Shown here: positions 36,800 to 47,240 of the stretch, piece after piece
Numbering within the stretch: the first letter of the stretch is position 1
Layout of the letters: every line of letters starts with the position of its first letter
UHGV virus genome: UHGV-0307316
Origin: a virus
Length of the DNA: 64,000 nt
Strand: one strand, 5' to 3'
Notes under the pieces: model-generated
The model's input: the letters and a program-made list of their open reading frames with translations, nothing else
Database searches by the model: none
Told to the model about the DNA's origin: nothing
Made by a program: the position numbers and the translations under genes

Positions 36800-38777
36800 A
36801 GGTCGTAAATTGAAAGAGGCTGGTCAGTTTGTTGGTCATTGCGCATGTCCACGTTGTGGTTCATCAGATGCTGGTTCAATCTATCATCATGACGATGATT
36901 CTTATTCAATGACTTGCTTTAGTTGTAACAAAGGTTTCCCAGAGTGGGATTTTGATAAAGGACAAATTGTGAGCACTTATTCTACTGGTTCAGACAATAA
37001 AAACCGTACTTTCCGTGGAATGGATTTAGACGATGTAAAAGAAAACCTAGAAGCAATGGACTTGAAAGATAGGAAGATTCCTGCAAAAGTCCTTGAACGC
37101 TTAGGTATCAAGGTTGACATTGACAGTGATGGTGAAATTGACGCGCATTTCTATCCAACTTACAAACGTAATGAAGATGGTAAGCTAGAGCACGTTGGCT
37201 ACCGTGTTCGTCACCGTTACCCAGAAGACCATCCAAAAGAACACCTACGAGGTAAGTTAAAAGACTTTTCTGGTGGTGTTGGAGACATTAAAGGTGAACT
37301 GGCAATGTTCGGTTCATGGATTGCTCCAGAAGGTGGTAACCGTCTATTCATCTGGGAAGGTGAGATGGAATGTGCGACAGCAATCTATATGACTTCTCTT
37401 GCGATTAAGGATAAATCTCGTCGTAAGAATTACTGTCACGTATCTGTTCCATCAGGTGCAAACATCAAGTCTATCAAAGATAACTATCAGTACATTACAT
37501 CATTTGATGAGATTTACTTGTGCTTTGATAACGATGAAGCAGGTGCTAAAGCCACTAAAGATGCTGCTGGTATCCTACCTATTGAGAAGGTTCGTTTATT
37601 CCAGTATCCAGAAGGCGTAAAAGACCTTAACGAGTGGTGGACAAAGTTCTATAAAGAGAAAGACACAGTTCTGGAAGGATTTAAGCAGCGTATCTACAAT
37701 GCACCTCGTTACTGTCCTGCTGGTATCAAGAACTTTGCAGATGGTTTTGAGGCAATGAAGAATCGTGGTCAGATTCCATTGATTCCTTTCCCAGAATCTT
37801 TCGGAGATTTGAACAGGCTGACTTATGGTGGTTACGGTTTAGGTGAGATTACAACTATTGCAGCACCATCTTCAGTAGGTAAGTCAGCTTACACTCGTGA
37901 GATGATTTATTCAGCTTGGAAAGAAACTGATTATAATATCGGTGTAATTCCTGTAGAAGATACTTACGAAGAACTTATGGAAATGCTCTGTGCAATCCAC
38001 CTGAGCAAGCAGATTTCTGAGATTCCTTATGATGAACGGGATTGGGATGAATTAAAAGGAGCACACGCAGAACTATCTAAAGGCCGTCGTATCCATATCG
38101 TTGACCATCAAGGGGCAATTGACCAAGATAACCTGCTAGAGTTTGTTGACTATCTTGTTAACAGTTTAGACTGTAAGATTATCATTCTTGACCCTATCAC
38201 GTTAGCCCTGTCACGTTCTGATACGGATGAAGAAGAAGTTTTGTCTGAGCTATTGCGTCGTTGCAAACGCTACCAGTATGCGCAGGTAAACGTATGTCAC
38301 GTTCGTAAGAGTGCAGGTGGTCAGAAAGCTAACTCTGAAGGTGGAGATATCTCTGAAGAGGATATTAAAGGTTCTGGTGCGTATTTCCAGATTTCTATGA
38401 ACAACATTCTGTTAATGCGTAACAAGGTTGACCCAGACCCTGTTAAGAAAAACTTGACAAAAATCAAGTTAACTAAGTGTCGTCGTCATGGTAAGTCAAC
38501 AGGTATTGCTGGTCATACTTGGTACAATCCAGATACAGGACGTCTTATCAAAGCTTCTGGATGTGGTGTTGATATTGATGGTGCAGCAGAAAATATTCGC
38601 CAGCAGTTTGGTATTGGTGAAGCTGAAGACCATTACGATGACTCTTTGCCACATTATGAGGACGAAGTGTTTGACCGTGAGACTGGTGAAGTCTATACTG
38701 AAGAGCAGCGTCAAAGCTCAACGATTCCACCTGTATTAAGTGAGGATGCAGATGACTGCCCGTTCGAAACTGAGTGA
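36786..38777 (+). CDS. DNA primase-helicase (T7 gp4-like)
   Basis: N-terminal Cys4 zinc ribbon (CPRCGS...CFSCN), TOPRIM-like acidic motifs (CFDNDEAG), DnaB-type Walker A (APSSVGKSAY) and Walker B (IIILDP). Confidence 0.85.
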   Translation: MLMSKGRKLKEAGQFVGHCACPRCGSSDAGSIYHHDDDSYSMTCFSCNKGFPEWDFDKGQIVSTYSTGSDNKNRTFRGMDLDDVKENLEAMDLKDRKIPAKVLERLGIKVDIDSDGEIDAHFYPTYKRNEDGKLEHVGYRVRHRYPEDHPKEHLRGKLKDFSGGVGDIKGELAMFGSWIAPEGGNRLFIWEGEMECATAIYMTSLAIKDKSRRKNYCHVSVPSGANIKSIKDNYQYITSFDEIYLCFDNDEAGAKATKDAAGILPIEKVRLFQYPEGVKDLNEWWTKFYKEKDTVLEGFKQRIYNAPRYCPAGIKNFADGFEAMKNRGQIPLIPFPESFGDLNRLTYGGYGLGEITTIAAPSSVGKSAYTREMIYSAWKETDYNIGVIPVEDTYEELMEMLCAIHLSKQISEIPYDERDWDELKGAHAELSKGRRIHIVDHQGAIDQDNLLEFVDYLVNSLDCKIIILDPITLALSRSDTDEEEVLSELLRRCKRYQYAQVNVCHVRKSAGGQKANSEGGDISEEDIKGSGAYFQISMNNILLMRNKVDPDPVKKNLTKIKLTKCRRHGKSTGIAGHTWYNPDTGRLIKASGCGVDIDGAAENIRQQFGIGEAEDHYDDSLPHYEDEVFDRETGEVYTEEQRQSSTIPPVLSEDADDCPFETE

Positions 38778-39033
38778 TAGTTATAAAAGAGAGGGGTTCA
38801 CACCATTCTTTGAAGAAAAAAGTTTAAATAAATTTCAGGAAGAGTGTTTGACAAAGATTGATAGGTTCTATAGAATGCTCCACATGAAATGCGATGGAGA
38901 AGTTGAAATAGAACAACAGTTCCATCAAAGTATGATTACAGTCATCATTACACTGCCTCAGCATAATATTGGTTGGCTGTTTATAATGAAAGAAAATGTG
39001 TTTGAATATCAAGTATATCGGAGAATATCATGA
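38740..39033 (+). CDS. Hypothetical protein
   Basis: 97 aa ORF overlapping helicase 3' end; coding status uncertain. Confidence 0.25.
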   Translation: MRMQMTARSKLSDSYKREGFTPFFEEKSLNKFQEECLTKIDRFYRMLHMKCDGEVEIEQQFHQSMITVIITLPQHNIGWLFIMKENVFEYQVYRRIS

Positions 39034-39186
39034 AACACTCTAAAGCATTTGAAAAAGTTTTTGGGGATTCCTTAAAAGCCACTGCTGGAAAACCAGCAAA
39101 ATACTATGAAGAAAAACGTGTAAGAACTGGAAAAACTGCACGTAAAGCAGCTTCTAAAGATAAGCACAACTTCCAGTAATTAGTAT

Positions 39187-39215
39187 TTGACAATAGAGTA
39201 TCAACAAATTAGAAT
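39187..39215 (+). promoter_or_regulatory. Sigma70-like promoter upstream of SSB gene
   Basis: TTGACA (39187-39192), 17-nt spacer, TAGAAT (39210-39215). Confidence 0.5.
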
Positions 39216-39251
39216 TGGTACTCTTCATAAATTGAGATAGAGGTTTAAATA

Positions 39252-40109
39252 ATGTCTAAAGTTGTTAAAATGAAAGCTCCGGTAGAGAAGTACAACGGTA
39301 CTGAACGTCAAACTCTGCGTTACCTGCTGAAAGATGTCTGGTTTTATTACCTGAACACTTCACCACGTCCGGGAAAAGGTAAATCTATTGACAAGAAATT
39401 CCCAGGAAAAGATTGTAACTACAGCGTATCAATTCTGGCAGAAGACGGTAACAAACTCTTTAAAGAGTTTACTAAGTCTAAGAAGAACCCAGAAGGTTGG
39501 GATAAAGTTACTACTGAAGCAGTTGATGCAGATGACTTCGAAGAGAAGTTTGGCTGCAAACCACCATTTGAAGCAGACACTTACTACATCTTGAAAGTAA
39601 GTCGTGCAGCAGCTTATAAAGATGGTGCTGTATGGACAGCTAAACAGTCATTCCCTGTAATGCTGATTGAAGAAGTGAATGGTAAGCGTGTAGCTGTTAA
39701 GCAGCCGATGAAGAAAATTAAAGCTCAAGCATCTGATAAACACGAAGATGACAAGAACTATGATGTAATTCATCCAGATATTGCAGTTGGTAACGGTTCT
39801 TTTGGTAGTGTGATTCTCTCTACTCACTTCTACACTTTTGAGAACAATGTTCTGACAAAACCTATTCAGGAACAGTTTATCATTGATACCCTTGTACCTT
39901 ACACTGGTGGTAACGGTGCTAATGGTGAACCTGAACTGGATGAAGATGAACTGGCTATGCTTGGTCTTGATGGTGTCGAAGATAACGGTGAAATCACTGA
40001 AGAAGACGCAACAGACCATAAATCTTCGAATGATTCTGATGATGGTGATGATGAAGATTTGCCAGACCCAGATGACGAAGAAGATGAAGACTTCGATACA
40101 GAAGATTAA
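39252..40109 (+). CDS. ssDNA-binding protein (T7 gp2.5-like, putative)
   Basis: Highly acidic C-terminal tail with aromatic residue (..DDEEDEDFDTED); sits between primase-helicase and exonuclease. Confidence 0.45.
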   Translation: MSKVVKMKAPVEKYNGTERQTLRYLLKDVWFYYLNTSPRPGKGKSIDKKFPGKDCNYSVSILAEDGNKLFKEFTKSKKNPEGWDKVTTEAVDADDFEEKFGCKPPFEADTYYILKVSRAAAYKDGAVWTAKQSFPVMLIEEVNGKRVAVKQPMKKIKAQASDKHEDDKNYDVIHPDIAVGNGSFGSVILSTHFYTFENNVLTKPIQEQFIIDTLVPYTGGNGANGEPELDEDELAMLGLDGVEDNGEITEEDATDHKSSNDSDDGDDEDLPDPDDEEDEDFDTED

Positions 40110-40126
40110 TCTCTAAAGTTACTTTA

Positions 40127-40154
40127 AAGCCCTGTACTCCGTATGGGGCTTTTT
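40127..40154 (+). terminator. Rho-independent terminator
   Basis: AAGCCC-loop-GGGCTT hairpin followed by TTTT. Confidence 0.45.
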
Positions 40155-40170
40155 CATATGGAGAGCCATA

Positions 40171-41211
40171 ATGGAGAAGTACACATTAACAAAACTTCCC
40201 GATTCAGTTACACATGTCTTTATTGACTCTGACAGTATTGCCTATAAAGGTGCTTGTGTAGTTGAGAAAGCAAAATATAAATACGTCAATAAACTCACAG
40301 CAGAAGAATCTGAACCATTTGACAATGCGAAAGATGCTGCAAGATGGTTAGCAGACCAGAGAATCCTTGTGGAAGAACTTGGCCTGACATTTGATGAAGA
40401 TGAATGGGAAAGACAGACTTGGAAAGAAGCTAAGAGTGAAAAAGAAGCTATCATGGCTACTCAACAGGTGCTTCAGGAATGGCTTAAGGTTGTTGGTAAA
40501 GAAAGAACTTGGGTAGGTTATTTAACAGAGAAAGGTGTGCATAAACATAAAGACATTAAAGGTCTTGAGCACCAATATCAAGGTAACCGTAAAGATGCTG
40601 TCACACCAACACACTTAGTTGCTTGTCGTGAATACCTTTTATCCAGACCAGAGTTCAAGCTCTTAAAGGGGGGCTTCGAAGCCGATTCAATCGTAATTGC
40701 TAAAGCTGAAAAGATGGGTAAGAAGGCTGCTCTTATGAGTATTGATAAAGACCTTCGACAAGCTGAAGGAACTTATTGTATTGATATGACTTATGAAAAA
40801 TCACCACTAATCTTTATTGCTGATAATAATGTTGGTGATATCTGGGATTGTCCTATCAAATCAAAACCAAAAGCTGCAAAAACAGTTGGTGTAGGTTTTA
40901 AGTTCTTGTGCTATCAGGCTGTTGCTGGAGATAATGCAGACAACTACTTCGGACTTAAAGGTGCTGGTAAAGTAGCTGTGATGAATGCTTTAGATGGTAA
41001 AGAGACCTACAAAGAGTGTCTTGATGCTATCTATGAACTCTATGCTAAAAAAGACTCTTATACCTATGTGTCATGGGATGGACAGACTGTTACAAAGACA
41101 CCGTTAGAGTTAATGGAACAGCATTTCTGGATAGCATATCAAGAGAGAAATCCAAAAGACAATTTCTCTTTCAAGAAATATAATTGGGAGCCGTGTATGA
41201 ATGAAGATTAA
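40171..41211 (+). CDS. 5'-3' exonuclease (T7 gp6-like)
   Basis: Colinear T7 gp6-like blocks: VFIDSDSIAYKGA, YQGNRK, MSIDKDL, GDNADNYFGLKGAG. Confidence 0.75.
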   Translation: MEKYTLTKLPDSVTHVFIDSDSIAYKGACVVEKAKYKYVNKLTAEESEPFDNAKDAARWLADQRILVEELGLTFDEDEWERQTWKEAKSEKEAIMATQQVLQEWLKVVGKERTWVGYLTEKGVHKHKDIKGLEHQYQGNRKDAVTPTHLVACREYLLSRPEFKLLKGGFEADSIVIAKAEKMGKKAALMSIDKDLRQAEGTYCIDMTYEKSPLIFIADNNVGDIWDCPIKSKPKAAKTVGVGFKFLCYQAVAGDNADNYFGLKGAGKVAVMNALDGKETYKECLDAIYELYAKKDSYTYVSWDGQTVTKTPLELMEQHFWIAYQERNPKDNFSFKKYNWEPCMNED

Positions 41212-41698
41212 AGGATTTGGCAATTGCCCTACCTACGGTCATTGGGTATCTTTATGTGGGGAAGTTGACCCCACTAAACATTTTGGCTTTGTCTATTTAG
41301 TACACTGTAAGAAGACTGGACAATATTATATAGGAAAGAAACAGCTTAACAGTGTGACCAAAAGAAAAGTTGCTGGGAAGACTCGGAAGAAGGTAGTCAC
41401 TAAGGAAAGTGATTGGATGACTTACGAAACCTCTTCTGAGTATATTAAAAAAGATATTGAGAGCTTTGGAAAAGAATTTTTTGACTTTTACATTATTCAG
41501 ACCTACTACACAAAAGGTGGCCTAGTCTATGGTGAAGCAAACCTTCAACATAAATTCGATGTAATGACAAAAAGGATTGACTCGAAGCTCAGACTCTTCT
41601 ACAATGCCAATATTGCAGCAATTAAGTTTATTACTAAAGAAACTTATGAAGATGCTGAAAAAAGAATCCATAAGGTAATGAAAGCAAATTGTGCTTGA
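41201..41698 (+). CDS. GIY-YIG-like nuclease domain protein (putative homing endonuclease)
   Basis: FGFVYLVHCKKTGQYYIGKK resembles the GIY..YIG signature; small basic protein. Confidence 0.35.
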   Translation: MKIKGFGNCPTYGHWVSLCGEVDPTKHFGFVYLVHCKKTGQYYIGKKQLNSVTKRKVAGKTRKKVVTKESDWMTYETSSEYIKKDIESFGKEFFDFYIIQTYYTKGGLVYGEANLQHKFDVMTKRIDSKLRLFYNANIAAIKFITKETYEDAEKRIHKVMKANCA

Positions 41699-41704
41699 TA
41701 ACTA

Positions 41705-41968
41705 TTGAGAGAGAATAAAATGTTTAACAAAAGCAAAGCTGTGAGTCATGTAGCAAAAGTTGACAGCAAGATTGAAGAACTTGAGCGCATCCTTGCAAAT
41801 GCCAGAGAGTCAATAATCAAAGAAGTTGAAGCTGTTGAATCTCAAATGCAGCACCTAATGCTTAAACGTCAAGAGCTACGTGAGCATCTAGAATATATTG
41901 AAACACGAGAGCTAAAAGTTAACAGATATTTTAAGGAGTCCGAATGTTTAACTCAAGAGAATCAGTAA
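41705..41968 (+). CDS. Hypothetical coiled-coil protein
   Basis: 87 aa ORF. Confidence 0.3.
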   Translation: MRENKMFNKSKAVSHVAKVDSKIEELERILANARESIIKEVEAVESQMQHLMLKRQELREHLEYIETRELKVNRYFKESECLTQENQ

Positions 41969-42699
41969 AAAACTGGAACCTTCGTTGTGGAAACACTCAA
42001 AAGCAACCTTACAGTGATGAGTATTGGGAATCTTTAAAATCTCAATCTCTGTGTATGCTTGAAGAAGCAAAAGAGCTTGTAAAAGCAATTGAAGAGAAAG
42101 ACCCCATTGAGACACTGGATGCTCAGGCAGATTTGCAATATGTTCTTGACGGTTTGATTTACCTGTCACAACATGACCATAACGGTGCTATGAAAGCTGT
42201 TTGCCGTAATAATGACCTGAAGTACACAGATGACTATGAAGAAGCTTTAAAACGTCTTGCAGACATTGAAAAGCGTACTGGTCAAGAGTGTATTATCAGA
42301 ATGTCAGTAGTTGATGGTAAAGAGTGGTATGCGATTGTTCGTACAGCCGATGGGAAGATTATGAAGCAATCAAATCTCCCTAAAGTACAGCTTGGTGAAT
42401 ACATTGTAGAGCTTGAAAGCCAAGAACTTTTTGTGGTAGTATCTGAGACATGCGTTATCTGCAAAGGTATTGTAGGTAGCTTAAAGGATTTGGGTGTAGA
42501 TGGTTTTGTAGAAGTTAATCCAATTACCTCTAAAGCAGATAAAGACTTCTGTAAAGAGAACGGACTATGGATTGCAGATATTGTCTACTATGATGGTGAG
42601 CAGTTCCATGTAACCTCATACCCGAAACTGAATTATGATGCTAATAACCTGAAGTGCTGGTTAAAAGGGGTTGGTTATAATGGATTCACAGAACATTAA
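41944..42699 (+). CDS. Hypothetical protein, possible MazG-like NTP pyrophosphohydrolase N-terminal domain
   Basis: Acidic helix pair (LEEAKELVKAIEE ... DAQADLQYVLDGL) reminiscent of MazG EExxE...D motifs; weak. Confidence 0.3.
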   Translation: MFNSRESVKNWNLRCGNTQKQPYSDEYWESLKSQSLCMLEEAKELVKAIEEKDPIETLDAQADLQYVLDGLIYLSQHDHNGAMKAVCRNNDLKYTDDYEEALKRLADIEKRTGQECIIRMSVVDGKEWYAIVRTADGKIMKQSNLPKVQLGEYIVELESQELFVVVSETCVICKGIVGSLKDLGVDGFVEVNPITSKADKDFCKENGLWIADIVYYDGEQFHVTSYPKLNYDANNLKCWLKGVGYNGFTEH

Positions 42700-43003
42700 T
42701 AAAGAGGGTGTGGCTCAAAAGAGCCACTTCTCAAACTACAATATTTCTATGACGGTGTTTATGAATGACCCGTTACTAGAAAAATATGGTGAGACTCCAG
42801 ATACACTTCTGGACAATGAACAAGTTTTAAAAGCAGTCCTATACAAATACGGGATTGATATTGAGAAAGAATATTCCTTTGAAATCTGCCAACACAGGAA
42901 TACTTTCGGTAAAGTTGTGATGGCTCCACTCTTTATGGGTGTAGAAAGGACTGACTATGGTTGGTTGTATCTAAAAAGAAACTTGGAGAAATACCGTGTC
43001 TAA
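42671..43003 (+). CDS. Hypothetical protein
   Basis: 110 aa ORF. Confidence 0.3.
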   Translation: MVIMDSQNINKEGVAQKSHFSNYNISMTVFMNDPLLEKYGETPDTLLDNEQVLKAVLYKYGIDIEKEYSFEICQHRNTFGKVVMAPLFMGVERTDYGWLYLKRNLEKYRV

Positions 43004-43334
43004 AGCAAAAAAGCTATCTTATGATGATATTGTCTCAGGTGCTAAGTTAGGCGTTGACAGCCTCGGACAAGATGTTAAGCACGGGGACACAGTTATGTAC
43101 TGTGATGACCGAAGAGGTAGAAGTGCAATCTTGTTTGGAAGAATTGTTTGCAAGATGCGAGGCAATTACGTTGTTGCAGACATGGATGTGAACGTTACAC
43201 AAAAACTTGAAACACTTATGGATGATAATACATCATCATGGTTCTCCCTGAATTGTATGCACACTTCTTCAGTCACAAAAGTAAGTGATAAGTTTTACGA
43301 TATGTGGCAGAATGAGCAAATTTTCAAGATTTAA
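42996..43334 (+). CDS. Hypothetical protein
   Basis: 112 aa ORF. Confidence 0.3.
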   Translation: MSKAKKLSYDDIVSGAKLGVDSLGQDVKHGDTVMYCDDRRGRSAILFGRIVCKMRGNYVVADMDVNVTQKLETLMDDNTSSWFSLNCMHTSSVTKVSDKFYDMWQNEQIFKI

Positions 43335-43340
43335 ACTAGG

Positions 43341-43362
43341 GAGCCTCTTCGGAGGCTCTTTT
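43341..43362 (+). terminator. Rho-independent terminator (UUCG tetraloop family)
   Basis: GAGCCTC-TTCG-GAGGCTC followed by TTTT. Confidence 0.6.
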
Positions 43363-43380
43363 CATCTGTAGGATTCGAAA

Positions 43381-45615
43381 ATGATTAAGACAATTAAAAA
43401 ATCAAATGGTACAGTAGTAAGCTTTGACCCAGAAAGACTGAATAAGTGGGCATCATGGGCAGATAAACGTGGAATTATCTGGTCAGAAGTCACTATGGAA
43501 GCTATGAAACGTGTCTATGAGGGTTGCACTACAAAAGAGATGCACCAAGCCATGATTGATGTTTGTGTTGATAAACAAACTCAAGAGTACTCAGATATGG
43601 CTGGACGACTGCTTTTGGGTATTATCTACAAAGAAGCATTTGGAGGATTTACTAAGGTTCCTACGCTGGTTACCTTCGTTAAAAATATGGAGAGAGCAGG
43701 ACTTTGGGAGAAGATGGACTACTCACAGGAAGAGCTTGAATACCTGCAAGGTTACATTGTGCACTCAAAAGATATCTCTTACGGTTATGCAGTCTTGAAA
43801 CAGTTCAGAGACAAGTATGGTATCCGTGATATTAAAACGGGAAGACTTTTTGAGTCACCACAATTTATGTTCATGGGTATGGCTATGAAAGCCTTTGAGA
43901 AGCAACCAAAGCACCGTAGACTGCAAGATGTTATCAAGCTGTACACTTACCTATCTGACCTGAAGATTAACGCTCCTACGCCCTATTTAAACGGGTTAAG
44001 AGCAACTAAATCAGGTTATGCGTCATGCTGTTTGATTAAGGCAAATGATACTGCTGAGTCTCTCGGTATTGCTGCAAAGGTTGCTTATGATATGACTACA
44101 AAGCAAGCTGGCATTGGGATGCTGATGGAGACTCGTACTATTGGTGATGGTATCCGTCAAAATACTATTGAGCACATGGGTAAACTACCTTATTACAAGC
44201 TTGTACGCTCATCTGTAGAGGCAAACAAACAGAAGAGTCGTGGTGGTTCAGCTAATAACTTCTACACTGCTCTAGACCCGCAGATTGAAGATTTACTGCG
44301 TTTGAAGCACCCTACAACGGTTCCTTCTAAACGTATTAATGAGATGGACTACTCATTTGGTACAAATGATTATTTCTGGCAGTGTGTTCAATATGATACA
44401 GACTGGTTGCTATTCTCTTACAAAGATGCACCAAAACTCTATGACATGTTCTACACAGCATCTGCTGATGAGTTTGCTATGGCAGTTGGTCACGCAGTGC
44501 ATTCAGGTGTTAAGCACAGACGAGTAAAGGCTCGTGAAATTGCTAAACTGTTTATCCAGCAGCGTTATGCAACAGGTCGTGTGTACCCATTCTTCACGAA
44601 TAATGCAAACACACATACACCATTTAAAGAGCCTTTGAAGATGTCAAATCTTTGTATGGAAATTGTATTGCCAGTGTATGGTTTTGAGAAAGAGACAGAC
44701 CTTTACAGAGATGATGCTGTGAAAGAGGATGGTGAGGTGGCTCTTTGCTTCCTAGCTAGTTTGGTTGCAGGGAGAATTTCAGAAGATGAATACGCTGACG
44801 TTGCTTATTATGCTCTTGCAATGGTTGACTCCGTTATTGACCTTATGGATTATCCGTATCCGTCGATGCGTAACCACGTTCAGAAGCGTCGTTCTGTTGG
44901 GATTGGCCTTACAAATGTGGCTCATTACCTTGCGAAGAACTACGTGAACTACTCTTCACGAGCAGGTAAAACGAAACTTCATGAACTGGCAGAGATGCAC
45001 TCTTACTATCTGCATGAAGCCTCTCTGAGACTTGCTAAAGAACGTGGCGTGCCAGAGTACATGAAGTTCACTAAGTATCCTGAAGGCTGGGTTCCTCCAA
45101 AGACAGCTAACAAGAAGATTGATGAAAAGCATGATGCAAAACTACGATATGATTGGGATGACTTAGCACAACGTATCAAAGAAAATGGTGGAATCCGAAA
45201 CTCTGTATTAGAAGCTTACATGCCTAATGAGAGTTCTTCACTGGCAACCAATACGACAAATGGTTTGTACCCAATTCGTGACTTTATTTTAACTAAAAAG
45301 TCTGCAACTGGTAACGTACTGTTTATTGTTCCAGATTATGAAGAATTGAAGTATGTCTATGAAATTGCTTGGGATATCGACACCTTTGATATGATTGACT
45401 GTTATGCAATTGTTCAAAAGTTCACTGGTCAAGCTATCTCTTCAGACTTCTATGTTGACTATGCAAAGTCTAAGAAGGTATCATTGGCTCAAGCTTTGAA
45501 GTACATGATTTATGCCAACTCGGTAGGTATGAAAACCATGTACTACCTTAACAGTCGCATTGGTGTAGGTAAATCTGCACTGCAAGATGCTTATTGCGAG
45601 GGTTGTGGTGTTTAG
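43381..45615 (+). CDS. nrdA: Ribonucleotide reductase class Ia large subunit
   Basis: N-terminal ATP-cone (IKKSNGTVVSFDPERL), active-site NLCMEI, C-terminal Cys pair; followed by nrdB. Confidence 0.9.
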   Translation: MIKTIKKSNGTVVSFDPERLNKWASWADKRGIIWSEVTMEAMKRVYEGCTTKEMHQAMIDVCVDKQTQEYSDMAGRLLLGIIYKEAFGGFTKVPTLVTFVKNMERAGLWEKMDYSQEELEYLQGYIVHSKDISYGYAVLKQFRDKYGIRDIKTGRLFESPQFMFMGMAMKAFEKQPKHRRLQDVIKLYTYLSDLKINAPTPYLNGLRATKSGYASCCLIKANDTAESLGIAAKVAYDMTTKQAGIGMLMETRTIGDGIRQNTIEHMGKLPYYKLVRSSVEANKQKSRGGSANNFYTALDPQIEDLLRLKHPTTVPSKRINEMDYSFGTNDYFWQCVQYDTDWLLFSYKDAPKLYDMFYTASADEFAMAVGHAVHSGVKHRRVKAREIAKLFIQQRYATGRVYPFFTNNANTHTPFKEPLKMSNLCMEIVLPVYGFEKETDLYRDDAVKEDGEVALCFLASLVAGRISEDEYADVAYYALAMVDSVIDLMDYPYPSMRNHVQKRRSVGIGLTNVAHYLAKNYVNYSSRAGKTKLHELAEMHSYYLHEASLRLAKERGVPEYMKFTKYPEGWVPPKTANKKIDEKHDAKLRYDWDDLAQRIKENGGIRNSVLEAYMPNESSSLATNTTNGLYPIRDFILTKKSATGNVLFIVPDYEELKYVYEIAWDIDTFDMIDCYAIVQKFTGQAISSDFYVDYAKSKKVSLAQALKYMIYANSVGMKTMYYLNSRIGVGKSALQDAYCEGCGV

Positions 45616-45670
45616 TTTTAACAACTATGAGGGTCGTAAAAGACCCTCTAAAAATAACTTTGGAGAGACC

Positions 45671-45928
45671 ATGAAAGATTTAATAGAAAAACATGAGCGA
45701 CCTATATACTTGCTCCACAAGCCTCGGAAAACGATGTACTATGTGAGTAGCACAGATATGATGATAAAACAAAAGGATGACTCATGGGTTGCTGGTATCT
45801 CTTACATCTCTACAGCAGATGGTAAAATCTACGCAAGACCTTATGAGATGTTCAACAAAGAAAATTGGGAAGTTTTAGACAGAAAACAAGCCTTAGAAAT
45901 GATAAAGAAAGGAGAAATCACGCTATGA
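45671..45928 (+). CDS. Hypothetical protein (start set to internal Met with GGAGAG RBS)
   Basis: ORF between nrdA and nrdB. Confidence 0.3.
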   Translation: MKDLIEKHERPIYLLHKPRKTMYYVSSTDMMIKQKDDSWVAGISYISTADGKIYARPYEMFNKENWEVLDRKQALEMIKKGEITL

Positions 45929-46998
45929 TTAACCAGCACCCAATCTTTTTAGGTGGTGAGAGAAAAACTTTTGACTCACTTAATAAACACTACCCAAAAA
46001 TCTTTGAACTTTATAAACAACAAAAAGCACAAGACTGGTCAGAAGATGAGTTCACTTTTGAACAATCACGTCTTGATTTTGAGAGTGTCCCAGCATCAAT
46101 GTCAGGTGTAATGCTTGAGATTCTTAAGTGGCAGTGGGAAGCAGATACTCAAGTTGCTAAGAGCTTGGCATTTGCCTTTGCACCATTTATCTCTGATGAC
46201 ATCTATGCAACTGCAATTATGAAGCAGTCTGAGATTGAAAACCTACATGCCCTTACTTACTCAGAGATTGTAAGGCAATGTATTAAAAACCCTGAAACAA
46301 TCTTAGATGAGATTAACCAGAATGTTGCTGTGCAAGACCGATTAAAAACTGTGAATCGTGTTCTTGAAGAATTACTGGATGAAGGTATAAACTATCGTCT
46401 GAGTTATGTGCGTGATTCACTTCTGGACAAAGACCCTTTACACTTCCATAAAGTGATTCTGAAAGGGCTGTTTGCAGTGACTGCACTTGAAGGTATATCT
46501 TTTATGGCATCCTTTGCATGTACTTTTGCACTTGATGCTCAAGATAAATTTCAGGGTATTGCTCAAGCTGTGCAGAAGATTATGCTTGATGAAATCCTTC
46601 ACACTAAAATTGATATTGAAGTTTTAAAAGAAACTTTAAGAGATGATGAGTGGCAGAAAGCTTTTCAACAAATTCTTCCAGAGATTAAAGTAATCTTAGA
46701 TGAAGTAGTTGAAAGTGAAGAGAAATGGTCGTATTATATCTTCTCCGAAGGACGTGCTGTAGTTGGCTTAAATACAAAGCTTCTTCATGAGTGGGTTTAC
46801 TATAATGCTGCCCCACTGTATGATATGTTTGGCATTCCCAGAGATTTTGTAGCTCCTAAAGAACCACCTTTGAAGTACATGATTAAGAAGATGGAAATTG
46901 ATAAAGAGCAGAATGCTAATCAGGAGCAACAGAACGGTGCGTACCTATTGAATACTGTTGTAGATGATTTGAATAGTGGATTTTTAGAGGTTCCTTAA
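45925..46998 (+). CDS. nrdB: Ribonucleotide reductase class Ia small subunit
   Basis: Start at ATG 45925 preceded by AAAGGAG; di-iron/tyrosyl-radical type helices; directly follows nrdA. Confidence 0.85.
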   Translation: MINQHPIFLGGERKTFDSLNKHYPKIFELYKQQKAQDWSEDEFTFEQSRLDFESVPASMSGVMLEILKWQWEADTQVAKSLAFAFAPFISDDIYATAIMKQSEIENLHALTYSEIVRQCIKNPETILDEINQNVAVQDRLKTVNRVLEELLDEGINYRLSYVRDSLLDKDPLHFHKVILKGLFAVTALEGISFMASFACTFALDAQDKFQGIAQAVQKIMLDEILHTKIDIEVLKETLRDDEWQKAFQQILPEIKVILDEVVESEEKWSYYIFSEGRAVVGLNTKLLHEWVYYNAAPLYDMFGIPRDFVAPKEPPLKYMIKKMEIDKEQNANQEQQNGAYLLNTVVDDLNSGFLEVP

Positions 46999-47240
46999 TG
47001 ACTTATGTAATTTACTCCAAAACTGGATGCCCTCAGTGCGAGACTGCAAAGAATTTTGCAAAAGCTCGTGGTATTGACCATGTTGTGAGAATGTTAGGGC
47101 AGGACTATGAACTATCAGACCTGATTGATATTGCACAGATGCCAGTTCGTCAGATGCCATTCATCATGAAAACTGATGGGCAAAACCTAAAACCTGTTGG
47201 TACGCTACAGAATTTTATGGCAGAGGTGAATAATGCTTAA
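46998..47240 (+). CDS. Glutaredoxin/NrdH-like redoxin
   Basis: N-terminal CPQC active-site motif in an 80 aa protein; coupled to nrdB. Confidence 0.6.
   Translation: MTYVIYSKTGCPQCETAKNFAKARGIDHVVRMLGQDYELSDLIDIAQMPVRQMPFIMKTDGQNLKPVGTLQNFMAEVNNA

Noticed and set aside
43355-43380. tRNA gene suggested by TTCGAATCC (T-loop-like) on the - strand
   Set aside because: No complementary T-stem, acceptor stem or anticodon arm could be built around it; it lies in the terminator/RBS region upstream of nrdA.
43381-45615. Intein or intron insertion in nrdA or the DNA polymerase
   Set aside because: Both proteins are of normal length with contiguous motif order; no in-frame insertion-sized segment.
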